Shown: positions 9,441-19,214 of the stretch, piece by piece | Numbering within the stretch: the stretch's first letter is position 1 | Layout of the letters: each line of letters opens with the position of its first letter | Assembly (NCBI GenBank): GCA_963767735.1 | Contig: CAVYES010000001.1 | Coordinates: 1 to 33,781 of the forward strand | Reading direction: 5' to 3' | DNA: 33,781 nt | Source of the DNA: Candidatus Bathyarchaeota archaeon | GTDB taxonomy: Archaea > Thermoproteota > Bathyarchaeia > Bathyarchaeales > Bathycorpusculaceae | Program-made: the position numbers and the translations under genes | The notes under the pieces: model-generated | The model's database searches: none | Told to the model about the DNA's origin: nothing | The model's input: the letters and a program-made list of their open reading frames with translations, nothing else

Positions 9441-11442
9441 ATGTTTCGACCAGAAAGAATGAGCGACACATCGATAATATGCGTTAAACAAGACGTTGAA
9501 TCAGTACTACAAGCGCTAAACAGCTTTGGAGAATTCCACATAGAACAAGCAACTGAAGACGCAAGCCTTACCGACTTCAGCGAGAACATCCAGAAGGCTG
9601 AGGAGTCTCTCACAAACGTCAACGAGTTAATCAAACAACTTTCACAAGAAAAACCAGGCATGTTCGACATTTTCAAAGTATCACAACCAAATAGAACACA
9701 AGTAACAGCGGAAAATTGGCAAGCACTCTCAGAATCTACCAGCCAACAAATCTCGATGCTCAAAAAGGAAGTTGACGACATCAACACCTCTCTATCCAGC
9801 CTGCAAGAAAAAACTGCGCAGCTAAATCACATCAAAGACATGCTGACAACAATGGATAAGATGAAAGCAGACCTTGCAGCCATGGAAGAACTAAAGTTAA
9901 TACATGTTACCTTTGCTAAAGTGCCACATAAAAACTTTGATGGATTAAAAACGGCACTTACAGACCTTTCGCTTGTTCTGCATCGCTACTTCTTAACCAA
10001 GGAAACTGACTTTCTATCCTTAGCGGTGCCAAGCAAACAAGGCGTGGACTTGGAGAAAATCCTGAAGCTCCATCATGCTGAGTCCTTTTCGATTCCTAAG
10101 GATTTACCACACGATGTCGCTCAAGCACTCAATGAAGTTAATAATCAATTAAAAGAGAACATGAATAAGGAAAATACGTTTTCTGACTCACTAAATAAAC
10201 TAAGCAAAGAATACAACAATAAACTTGTCTCATGGAAAGAAAGCACCGAAAACGTTCTTGCGTTACTAAATGCAAAAGAAAAGATACTTCAGTCTGGCCG
10301 GCTTGCAACAGTTAGAGGGTTCGTGCCTAAGGAAAAGGTCCCTGCGCTCACTGGAAAGATCCACGGGATGCTGGGAGAAAAAGCTTTAGTGCTCCCGAAT
10401 GAGCCAGTTCAGGACCAAGATCCACCGACTAAGACTTAGCAACAACAGATTTATCAAGCCATTTGAAGAGCTCACTAGGCTTTGGGGTCTACCACATTAT
10501 GACGAGCTGGATCCAACGCCAATTCTTGCAATTACATTCCCGATTATTTTCGGGTTAATGTTCGGCGACATTGGACACGGCTTAATCCTGCTGGTAGGCG
10601 GGTTAACGCTTGGAATAATGATTAAAAAGAATCAAGCAATAAAAAATGTAAGTTGGATTATGGCTGCCTGTGGCGCCGCGGCCATTACTGCAGGAGCTCT
10701 GTATGGCGAGTTTTTCGGCAAGGAGTTGTTTGCTCCTTTATGGTTCAGCCCGTTTAATAATGGTGTCTATGATTTCCTAATTTTCGCTCTTGTCATAGGA
10801 GTAATTCAAATCACAATGGGGTTGGTTTTGGAAATGGTGGACTTTCTGCTGAAACATAACGTCATTGACGCAGTTTTTACAGCCATTCCTAAAATCGCCT
10901 TCTATCTTGGCGGAGTTACCTTAATCGTAGTTTACAAGTTAAATCTTGGATTATGGTTTTCAGGTCCAATACTACTGATTATCGTGCCATTTATTATTCT
11001 CGTTTTTGCCAAACCTACTTTTTCTGCTCTGAAAAGTTTTTCTATGAGTGCCGTTGGGGAAGAACCAGCTGAAAATGACACGTTAGGGCAGAGGATTTTC
11101 GAGAGCGGAGATTTGGTTACTCGCTTGCTTAGCAATTCGATTTCTTACACGCGAATTCTCGCTTTGCTTATGGCTCACTGGGCATTACTTCTTGTAATTT
11201 ACACCATCGCCGGCTTGGTAGGCTATGCTTCGATTCCAGCGTTGATTATCAGCGGCATAATCATTGTTGTCGGAAATATCTTCGTGCTCGGGCTTGAAGG
11301 ATTAATCGTTTTCATCCATACCCTAAGATTGCACTTCTACGAGTGGTTCAGCAAGTTCTATGAAGGCACTGGAACAGAGTTTAAGCCATTTAAGCAGAAC
11401 CATGTTTACACTGAAGCCGTCGTCAACGGAAAAAAGGCTTAA
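9441..11442 (+). CDS. atpI: A/V-type ATP synthase subunit I (a); on the opposite strand to the rest of the cluster; one extra base near 10434
   Basis: MFRPERM start; PPTK/LSNNRFIKPFEELTRLWGLPHYDELDPT, FGLMFGDIGHG, SNSISYTRILAL (essential Arg), IHTLRLHFYEWFSKFYEG. ORFs 9441-10439 and 10399-11442 join if one A is removed from AAGACTT. Confidence 0.95.
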
Positions 11443-12491
11443 AGCAACAGTTTACTCTGTATCGCCTCAGGGTTCACTGCAGCGTCCACACCTGAACTTG
11501 CAGCGACAAGATTACGTACCTCAGCCTCTTTTTGTGTCATGAAGGCAAGTGCAGCACCTATGTTGAAATTTTCGCCAATTCTACTGGTTTTAGCATGTTG
11601 AAAAACTGCTCTCTTAAAGGCCTTTTCAGCATTTGCTATTGTTTCTTCCGGATTTTGAGCTTTAGCAAAAAACTTGGCGTAATGGCTCTCGAGGGCAATT
11701 TTGAGGGTTGATTCGAAATCTGCTGCCGATAATAGAGCCTCAACAGTTTCCATAGAAAGATTAAAATTATTATGAGGCACCGCTAGTCGCAGCCAGTTAG
11801 CATCATAGTTTAGGGTTTTTCCTCGAAGAAGCATCAGCAATATGAAGCTGTCGTTTTCTGTGCTTGCATAAAAATGTGCATGCGGCTTCTCTATTTTGGG
11901 AAGCAGCATGTAATTGTAATAGAGTTTTTCATAAAATACTTTATCAAGGAGCACATCAAGGCGTGCGGTTGAACCAGTTTCCTCATAATTTTGCAGTCCC
12001 ATATTCAAGCTTGAAGAGTACTCTGTGTTCTTGAGGGCATTCACCACTTGTTTTACAGTTGGAGCTTTAGCAGCTTCCTCAAAGACTGAGCTTTTTTTAA
12101 GATAATCTTCTACAGAAAGGTATATTTTGGCTAGCTTTTGCTCAGGGTTCAGGTTGGCGTTGGCTGCTTTTATGAGAGCCTTAATGTTTTCCACTTCGAA
12201 TCTTAAAGGATTCAAATTAAGATATTCTGTTACGTTTTTAGGTGAGTTCTTTACTATTAATTCATAAGATTCAATGAGATTCTCATTGAATGCTCTTTCG
12301 AGTTTGCGGCTTGTAAGTGGCAAGGGTACTTTAGCTATCTGCGCTTGGTAGCTGGTTTCTCTGAGTTGAGCTGCGAACGACGAGAGGTCTCTGCTTTCAA
12401 TCAACGTTTTGAGTTTAACTTCGCTTAGCAGTTTGCTTCTTTCTGCCCCGATTTTAGCTAGAACACCGGCATAAAGTGTTGTCTGGCTCAA
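11439..12491 (-). CDS. atpC: A/V-type ATP synthase subunit C (V0 d/AC39 family)
   Basis: 350 aa with RSKLL, LRETSY, RFEVENIKALIKA, KEAEVRNL. Stop overlaps the atpI stop (TTAA at 11439-11442). Confidence 0.9.
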   Translation of the reverse strand: MSQTTLYAGVLAKIGAERSKLLSEVKLKTLIESRDLSSFAAQLRETSYQAQIAKVPLPLTSRKLERAFNENLIESYELIVKNSPKNVTEYLNLNPLRFEVENIKALIKAANANLNPEQKLAKIYLSVEDYLKKSSVFEEAAKAPTVKQVVNALKNTEYSSSLNMGLQNYEETGSTARLDVLLDKVFYEKLYYNYMLLPKIEKPHAHFYASTENDSFILLMLLRGKTLNYDANWLRLAVPHNNFNLSMETVEALLSAADFESTLKIALESHYAKFFAKAQNPEETIANAEKAFKRAVFQHAKTSRIGENFNIGAALAFMTQKEAEVRNLVAASSGVDAAVNPEAIQSKLLL

Positions 12492-12808
12492 GGTTGGGTT
12501 TCCCCAATCACCGTCTTCACAATTTTCGCGACTGCTGATTCCATATGTTTTTCCGCTTGTACTTCCAGTTTATTTGCCGAAACTTGATTTGCTTTCAGCA
12601 GCTCGTCACGATTCCGATTAGCTTCCTGAGTTGTGCTTTTGTAAAGCTGCTGCGACTCCTCCTCAGCGTAAGTTCCACTATTTGCCAACAACTTTTCCGC
12701 TCCTTGCTGGGCGAGAGCAGACATCTTTTTGGCTGTATCCTGCGTTTCGCCTTTAATCTGCTCTGATTGAGCTTCGATTTTTTTAAGTTCTCCCCAAATC
12801 TTTTCCAT
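12488..12808 (-). CDS. atpH: A/V-type ATP synthase subunit H/G (peripheral stalk)
   Basis: 106-aa coiled coil (LKKIEAQSEQIK...AVAKIVKTVIG), first gene of the cluster, 4-bp overlap with atpC. Confidence 0.75.
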   Translation of the reverse strand: MEKIWGELKKIEAQSEQIKGETQDTAKKMSALAQQGAEKLLANSGTYAEEESQQLYKSTTQEANRNRDELLKANQVSANKLEVQAEKHMESAVAKIVKTVIGETQP

Positions 12809-12980
12809 TATTCCACGCCTATGCTAAAGCTTGTCTGGTTTCTAAAGTTTTTGTTCCTTATTGAAAAATTGAAAAACTTTGGTCGCCTATTTTTGCATCG
12901 ATTTAGGGTTTGGGAGTTAAGAAAAGTGAAACGGTCTAACCTATATGGGTCGTGCTTGCTTGTGGTTAAGCCGAGTTTTG

Positions 12981-14486
12981 TTATACTGTTTGTAGATTCG
13001 GTATAAGTGATTGGAGTTGGTGTACAACAGGGTGGATTAGGTTGAGCACGATGCTTGGGAACAAACCCAAGATTATTAGTGACCCTGCTAAGATGAAGAT
13101 TGGGACAAGTATCCGTTTTGACTCTTTTATTGCTGTTTCGTCTTTGCATTTCTTTCCATACATGACATAGATTAGCCTGAACAAGTATGCAGTTTGAAGG
13201 ACACTTGTCAAAACGCCGATAACAGCCAGCCAGCTCAAGTTTGCTTCTATAGCGGCGGTGAAAACTAAGTATTTACCTATGAACCCTCCGAAGGGCGGAA
13301 CACCCGCAAATGAAAGCCCCGCCATTACCAAGGCTAAACAGACAAGCGGCATTTTCTTGCCTAGCCCTGAGAAGTCGTCTAGGCTTTTGAATCCGTGACT
13401 GTTTATGATGCCGACTGTCATGAAAGCAAGGGCTGTGGTGATACCGCCGATTAAGAAGAAGTAAAGGTTGCCAAGTAAACCAAGAGCGGTTACGCTTGAT
13501 ATTGCCACAAGATTGTAGCCGACATCCGCGACACAGATGTACGCCATTAAACGTTTGACGTCGTTTTGTATTAGTGCAAATAAGTTGCCGACAATCATGG
13601 TTAACGCGGCCATGACAGCTAACATGATAGTCCAGTTAATCGTTGAAGGAAGTAAAATGTACAAGAGTACTCGTATGAGGATGTAGTAGCTGCCTTGGTC
13701 AACGAGGGCAGAGAGGAAAGCTGCTGATGGTGCGGGGGCTGCGGTGTAGGCGTCAGGTAGCCAGAAATGGAAAGGTACAATTGCGGCTTCAGTGGCGTAG
13801 CCGGTTGCAATGAATATGAATGCTATGATTAGCAAGTGATTATTAGTTAAAGCTGTTAAATCTTGGCCTACTGCCAGGTAGTTTAGGGTTCCAGTTAAAC
13901 CGTAGACGATTGACATCCCCAGCATTACGAATGCTGAAGCGATGATGACCATGATAAGATATTTTAGTGTGGCATTGATTGAGACCGCCTTTTTCCTATA
14001 CAGCATCAAGAATGCTGCGCCTGCAGTTGCGACTTCCCAGAATATGAAGAGCGTTAATAGGTCGCCTGCGAGGACAGCGCCAAGAACGCCCGCTGTGGCC
14101 ATCAGCATTATGGCGAAATATCGTTCTGATGGTCTGTCATTTGAGCCAACGGAAAACACCGTGTAGATTACGACTACAGCGCTTAGCGCCACTATGATTA
14201 TTGACATGTAAATGGATATGGCGTCTATCAGAAAAGCACTTGAGAAAATCGATGAACTAGTCCCGCTTAAGCCTAGGGTGATAATGCCCGGTGAGGGTGT
14301 ACTGTAATAGTTAAGCGCCAAGTTCGCAACTGTTGCGCCTGCGACTGCAAACACGGCAATAAACCAGCCCAGAGTCAAGGCAGTCTTGTAATTGCTTTTT
14401 CTTATAAGCCTGAAAACTGGGATAGTTAGCAGTGCTGCGATAGCTAGAATGAATATCGGCAATAGGACATCTATTATTTCAATCAT
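12981..14486 (-). CDS. nuoN: Antiporter-like membrane subunit N of the Fpo-like [NiFe]-hydrogenase complex
   Basis: FIFWE, LKYLI, VPFHFWLPDAY, GNLFALIQNDVKRLMAY, AGVPPFGGFIGKY; last of three antiporter-like genes. Confidence 0.88.
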   Translation of the reverse strand: MIEIIDVLLPIFILAIAALLTIPVFRLIRKSNYKTALTLGWFIAVFAVAGATVANLALNYYSTPSPGIITLGLSGTSSSIFSSAFLIDAISIYMSIIIVALSAVVVIYTVFSVGSNDRPSERYFAIMLMATAGVLGAVLAGDLLTLFIFWEVATAGAAFLMLYRKKAVSINATLKYLIMVIIASAFVMLGMSIVYGLTGTLNYLAVGQDLTALTNNHLLIIAFIFIATGYATEAAIVPFHFWLPDAYTAAPAPSAAFLSALVDQGSYYILIRVLLYILLPSTINWTIMLAVMAALTMIVGNLFALIQNDVKRLMAYICVADVGYNLVAISSVTALGLLGNLYFFLIGGITTALAFMTVGIINSHGFKSLDDFSGLGKKMPLVCLALVMAGLSFAGVPPFGGFIGKYLVFTAAIEANLSWLAVIGVLTSVLQTAYLFRLIYVMYGKKCKDETAIKESKRILVPIFILAGSLIILGLFPSIVLNLIHPVVHQLQSLIPNLQTV

Positions 14487-14502
14487 CAGATTTCACCTTT
14501 AG

Positions 14503-16053
14503 TTAACCAATTCTCACCGTTTGAATTAGATTTATGAAGAATGTCGGGTAGATCCCTACAAGGATGATCAATGCCACTAAGATTGCGAAAGATAGTTTCA
14601 TGTAGTTTGAAACCTCGAAAGATTTCTTTTCCTCTTGGCCCTCTTCGCTTACTTCGCCCTCATCGTATTTTGGTGGTCCAAGGAAAATCTTCGAGGTGAA
14701 CCTCAGCATGTAACCAAGCGAAAGAACTGTTGCTATGAGCATAAGAGCAGTGGGGATGATGTAGAATGAATCGATGTGTATTATTTGGAATGCGCCGACG
14801 AATATTAGAAATTCACTGATGAAGCATGCGAACGGTGGCGCTCCGCCGATGCTTAAGGCGGCTATAGTTGAGGAAACCGCTGTGAACGGCATCTTGGATG
14901 CTAATCCACCCATTTTGGTGATATCTCTTTTTTCTGTTTGATGCATTATGCCTCCTGCGCCAAGGAAGAGAAGACCTTTGCTCAACGCGTGGCTGACAAT
15001 ATGAAGCACGGTGCCTGTTATTGCAAGTGATGTGGCAAGAACAATAACTACTGTTCCAGCTGCTACGCTTGCGGGAAAAAGGGAGAGCCCGAACATTATG
15101 TAACCCATGTGAGCGATACTTGAATATGCAATCAGCCGTTTTATGTCAGTTGCAACCAAAGCAATGAAAGACCCAAAGAAAGCCGAAAGTACACCGATAA
15201 TGGCTAACGCATGCAAGAAGTCAGTTCCGAACGTTATTCCAACCGCGGGGAAAACCATTCCAAGGGAAAGACGAAGAATCGCGTAAGCCCCCGCGCTAAT
15301 TATGACACCGCTTAGCAGTGCTGACATTGGAGCCGGCGCTTCACCGTGGGCGTCAGGCAACCACATGTGAACGGGTATAACAGCCATTTTAACGGCGAAT
15401 CCAGCGGTTAATGCTATGATAATCCACTGGGCGATACCTACATGCCCAATTAAAGCTGCTTGTGCGTTAAACATGTCGGTGGTTCCTGTTGTAAAGTATA
15501 TTGCTCCTATTCCCAGGAGCACGAATACGGCGCCTGCATGGGTGTATATGAAGAATTTCAATGCTTGTTTGTATGAGTCTTTATAGCCCCATTCGCCGAT
15601 GATAAAGAACGCTGGAACAAGCATTAGTTCCCAGCAGAAGTAGAAGAGGATAAGGTTTGATGTTAAGAAGACTCCGACCAACCCAACTGAAAGCATACAT
15701 AGCAATGCATAGTAAACGGGCAGATGCTTTTTCCCATGCATGTAAGTTATTGAGAAAATAGATGCGACGACCATAAGAATGAGGCTTACTAATGCTATCG
15801 AAATACTGATACCGTCGGCGAAAAGCGAAAAGGACGTGTGGATAACTGCGATCCATGTGTAGGGTTCAATATACTGATGGTTTGTGCTGTTCAGGATGGT
15901 TGGAACCGTCGTTAAGAGTAACGCTATGTTGACGAGGGCGATTATGGCAACAAAGATTGCTGCGGCTTTAGGCGACTTTTTCCCAGTTAAGTAAACGAAT
16001 GGTATGCTGAGAGTTGGAATTGCAAATACTGCGAGGAGAATTGGAAGCGTCAT
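14503..16053 (-). CDS. nuoM: Antiporter-like membrane subunit M
   Basis: FYFCWELMLVP, KFFIYT, AVKMAVIPVHMWLPDAHGEAP, DIKRLIAYSSIAHMG, FISEFLIF. Confidence 0.92.
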   Translation of the reverse strand: MTLPILLAVFAIPTLSIPFVYLTGKKSPKAAAIFVAIIALVNIALLLTTVPTILNSTNHQYIEPYTWIAVIHTSFSLFADGISISIALVSLILMVVASIFSITYMHGKKHLPVYYALLCMLSVGLVGVFLTSNLILFYFCWELMLVPAFFIIGEWGYKDSYKQALKFFIYTHAGAVFVLLGIGAIYFTTGTTDMFNAQAALIGHVGIAQWIIIALTAGFAVKMAVIPVHMWLPDAHGEAPAPMSALLSGVIISAGAYAILRLSLGMVFPAVGITFGTDFLHALAIIGVLSAFFGSFIALVATDIKRLIAYSSIAHMGYIMFGLSLFPASVAAGTVVIVLATSLAITGTVLHIVSHALSKGLLFLGAGGIMHQTEKRDITKMGGLASKMPFTAVSSTIAALSIGGAPPFACFISEFLIFVGAFQIIHIDSFYIIPTALMLIATVLSLGYMLRFTSKIFLGPPKYDEGEVSEEGQEEKKSFEVSNYMKLSFAILVALIILVGIYPTFFINLIQTVRIG

Positions 16054-16054
16054 T

Positions 16055-17983
16055 TTAAAGCACTCCTGTTGTCAATATTATCAACACTACAATTAGGACG
16101 AACCCAACTATACCGGCTGCAATGTAGTTTTGAACGGTAGTTGATGGCACTTTTTTCAGCTTTGAAGAGGCTATCACGAACCATCCTGCAAACGCGTTCA
16201 GCCCCAAATTCGCCGAGTCTTCAACACGTTTAAGTCCGTCAGAAAACTTGCCTAGTCCCTTGGCGAAGGCGTAGTAGGCGTCGTCAACGAAGTAAGCGTG
16301 TTTCAGCAGTGATGAAAGTGGGTTTGACCCGCCTCCGATGTTTCGTATTCCCACATTGTTCTTGTAATAAGCATAGTAAACAAGCAAACCAGTCGGGACG
16401 AGAATTGCCAGGAAGATTGGCGTTTCCAAGTCAGTGAATGAGCCAAGGATTGTGAGGTTTAAGCTGTTCAGGTGCATAAAGTCCGCGATTACAGGCATGG
16501 ATAAGCCCCAAACGATGCATAAGCCTGCAAGGATTGCTGCGGGGATAAGCATGATTTTTGGAGCTTCATGCACGTGCTGTTTCTGCAAGTGTTCAGATTC
16601 TTTGCCCATGAAAACTAGGCTGAACATTCGTATTACATATGCAAATGTAATAGCTGCTGAACCGTAGAGAATTATTGCCTGCATCAAGTTTACGCTGGTT
16701 ACGCTTGAAATAATCAAGCCTTTGCTGAAGAAAGCTGCAAACGGCGGCAGACCACTTGTGGTTATAACCATTATACCCATCAACACGAAGGTCACGGGCA
16801 TGGCTTTTCTCAACCCGCCCATTAACCGCATGTCTCGTGTACCTAGTGCGTGGATTATGCCTCCTGCTAAGAGGAATCCGAGGCCTTCGAAAAAAGCATG
16901 GCTTACCATGTGGAATAAACTAGCAAACCAGCCAACAGATGCTGCGCCCGCAACAGCTGTACCTAACCCAGCCATCATGAAACCGATTTGGCTAACTGTC
17001 GAGTAAGCGAGAACTCCTTTGATGTCAGTCGTAGTTATGGCAAGCGTGGCTCCGATGAACGCCGTTATAACTCCTATCCATGCAACTGTAGGGAACCAAT
17101 ACGGCTGAAGAGCGATAATTAAGGGAGCTGCAACTGAGGCTATGAGAATGAATCGGGCAAGAAGATAGATACCTGCTTTAACCATGGTTGCTGCGTGAAG
17201 TAGGGCGCTAATCGATGTTGGTGCCTCCATTGCACTGTAGAGCCAAGTGAATAATGGGAACTGAGCGGACTTGGCGACGGCACCTCCTAAAACCAAGAAG
17301 AAAACCGTTACTAATAGTCCCGTATTTAATGTTCCAGCTTTTGCACCTGCTGTAAGGGCTGTTATAATTGCGCTGAAGCTGAATGAGTCAATGGCCTTCC
17401 CTGCAACGAGTGGACCCGCATATAGTATGCCTATAGCCGCAAGAAGGGATATGTCGCCTATGCGGGTCATAATGAAAACTTTATTGCCTGCATTGACTGA
17501 TTCTGGCCGTTTATACCAGAAAGCAACTAACGCGTATGAGCATAAACCCACCATTTCCCAGAAAATAAACATTTGAAGCAGGTTATCTGAGATCACAAGG
17601 CCTATCATGGAGCCTATGAAAAGCAGGATTAGGAAGTAGTATCGTGTTAATCCTTCTTCACCTTTCATGTAACCCCAAGAATAGATGACGATAATTAATG
17701 CAAAAAAGCCCACAAGGCATGTGAACAAAACAGATAGCGGATCAATGTAAACTCCCGCACTAATGCCTGCAATCCAAGGAATTGTCGATTCTGTTGGTGA
17801 CCCATTGCCTGAAAATACGCCCGGTATGAGCGAGAGCGCCAAGGCTGCAGTTACTGCCGCGATTGCAATGACATAGTAGTTTCGAATTTTGTCGCTTTTT
17901 TTTGCGATTAAGGGAACGAACACGCTTGCAACAAGGGGAAATATCCAAACAAGCCATGCGGAAATAATATCAAACGCAACCAT
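16055..17983 (-). CDS. nuoL: Antiporter-like membrane subunit L with C-terminal lateral helix
   Basis: FIFWEMVGLCSY, TRIGD, KSAQFPL, AMEAPTSISALLHAATMVKAG, LAYSTVSQIG, FFSK. Confidence 0.93.
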   Translation of the reverse strand: MVAFDIISAWLVWIFPLVASVFVPLIAKKSDKIRNYYVIAIAAVTAALALSLIPGVFSGNGSPTESTIPWIAGISAGVYIDPLSVLFTCLVGFFALIIVIYSWGYMKGEEGLTRYYFLILLFIGSMIGLVISDNLLQMFIFWEMVGLCSYALVAFWYKRPESVNAGNKVFIMTRIGDISLLAAIGILYAGPLVAGKAIDSFSFSAIITALTAGAKAGTLNTGLLVTVFFLVLGGAVAKSAQFPLFTWLYSAMEAPTSISALLHAATMVKAGIYLLARFILIASVAAPLIIALQPYWFPTVAWIGVITAFIGATLAITTTDIKGVLAYSTVSQIGFMMAGLGTAVAGAASVGWFASLFHMVSHAFFEGLGFLLAGGIIHALGTRDMRLMGGLRKAMPVTFVLMGIMVITTSGLPPFAAFFSKGLIISSVTSVNLMQAIILYGSAAITFAYVIRMFSLVFMGKESEHLQKQHVHEAPKIMLIPAAILAGLCIVWGLSMPVIADFMHLNSLNLTILGSFTDLETPIFLAILVPTGLLVYYAYYKNNVGIRNIGGGSNPLSSLLKHAYFVDDAYYAFAKGLGKFSDGLKRVEDSANLGLNAFAGWFVIASSKLKKVPSTTVQNYIAAGIVGFVLIVVLIILTTGVL

Positions 17984-18297
17984 TATTGTTCAGCCTCAAT
18001 GTCGCTTTTTTCCTGCATTTTCAATATCTCATTGATGTTGCTCGTTCCATACTTTTTCGTTACAATAACTAGTAACGCCAGAACTACCCCGCTAACGGCG
18101 GTATCTGTAGAAAACGCCAATACCAGAAATGCTTGTCCTAAACCTTGACCCGTGGAAGAGGGAAGCATTACAAAATTCAATGTTGCGGCAGTGGCGATTA
18201 GCTCTATTGAAATGAAGACTTTCAAGAGTTGCCGATTAGTTAACAAGCCGTAGATGCCAATTGCCATCATTACAATGGACAGTATAACAAAGTCCAT
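17983..18297 (-). CDS. nuoK: Membrane subunit K (NuoK/4L-like)
   Basis: IGIYGLLT.RQLLKVFISIEL; three TM segments; TAATG coupling to nuoL. Confidence 0.85.
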   Translation of the reverse strand: MDFVILSIVMMAIGIYGLLTNRQLLKVFISIELIATAATLNFVMLPSSTGQGLGQAFLVLAFSTDTAVSGVVLALLVIVTKKYGTSNINEILKMQEKSDIEAEQ

Positions 18298-18761
18298 TAT
18301 TTCCCACCTTTCTTCTTCTCATACAAAATGATAGCAATTCCTAAGGCCACAGTCAAAATCACTAGAGCTTGCGAAATAACGTCTACGCCGCTTAAGTTCC
18401 ACAAGGCGTCACCGAAAGAAGTATCGGAGTATACTGCTGTTGAACTGGAAATTGAAAGAAAGATTGCAGGCAATGATAAAACTACGCCTGCACCAATCAA
18501 GGCTGAGAGCTTTTTAGGCGACGTTTTCCTTGTAGATTTATCACTCAACATTTCTCCTGATAGGAACAAGATGGCCAATGTGCCTACACCGATGACGAAC
18601 TGGAAAATAGCCGCGTAAATCGCGCCGTTTACATAGTAAAGCAATGCCGTGAAAAGAAAAGTTCCCGCTAAAGCAGCAACAGAATATACAACTTCGTCTA
18701 GAAACAGTGCCAGGCAAGCAGAAATTATTAAGCCTATTGAGAGAATTTCAAGTGTAATCAT
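18297..18761 (-). CDS. nuoJ: Membrane subunit J (NuoJ/ND6-like)
   Basis: VVYSVAAL...AAIFQFVIGVG...GDALW; five hydrophobic segments; lies between nuoI and nuoK. Confidence 0.8.
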   Translation of the reverse strand: MITLEILSIGLIISACLALFLDEVVYSVAALAGTFLFTALLYYVNGAIYAAIFQFVIGVGTLAILFLSGEMLSDKSTRKTSPKKLSALIGAGVVLSLPAIFLSISSSTAVYSDTSFGDALWNLSGVDVISQALVILTVALGIAIILYEKKKGGK

Positions 18762-18776
18762 TGTTTCGCACGTTCC

Positions 18777-19211
18777 TCAGCGTTTGGTTTGAGGCTTGAT
18801 GATTAATGACGACTTATCGGTTGTTGCTAACTCGTAGTCCCCTGAACCTTGTATTGCATTTCTGGGGCAGCTATCAACACATTGATTACAGAAAATGCAT
18901 TTGTTAAGATCAAATTGAGGACGTTTTTTACCGTCCACTTCTACTATTTCAATTGCAAATGCCGGGCAATCTCGGGCGCATACGGTGCAATGCGTATTCA
19001 CAAGTGACTGCACATCAAAAACTATCTCGCCTTTTGTACCAGTAAGATTTATCATGTTACAAGTATTGATGGTGTAAATCGGTTTTCCTCGGAAATCCTC
19101 AGGAAGCTCAGGTTTCACGAAGGGATACTTTGTTGTGGCCGGCTTGGTAAAGATATGGGAAATAGTTCTTTTCCACATTGGAGATAAACGCGGTTTCTTT
19201 GTCTTCGACAT
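18777..19211 (-). CDS. nuoI: 2x[4Fe-4S] ferredoxin-like subunit I
   Basis: KPATTKYPF, FRGKP, C-x23-CTVCARDCP and CIFCNQCVDSCP. Confidence 0.92.
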   Translation of the reverse strand: MSKTKKPRLSPMWKRTISHIFTKPATTKYPFVKPELPEDFRGKPIYTINTCNMINLTGTKGEIVFDVQSLVNTHCTVCARDCPAFAIEIVEVDGKKRPQFDLNKCIFCNQCVDSCPRNAIQGSGDYELATTDKSSLIIKPQTKR

Positions 19212-19214
19212 TTT

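Noticed and set aside
9441-11442. atpI naturally split into soluble and membrane halves
   Set aside because: The break falls inside the conserved PPTKL.NN motif, removing one base restores a normal-length subunit, and similar indels occur elsewhere in the window.
9385-11450. atpI as a recombinase-invertible (phase-variable) cassette
   Set aside because: I found no inverted repeats at the junctions, the right junction is a shared stop codon, and no recombinase is encoded in the window.
12808-13149. 113-aa ORF bridging nuoN and atpH, and other short overlapping ORFs in the track (e.g. 23007-23420, 30059-30349, 30458-30898)
   Set aside because: They overlap well-supported genes in other frames or strands and show no recognisable motifs.
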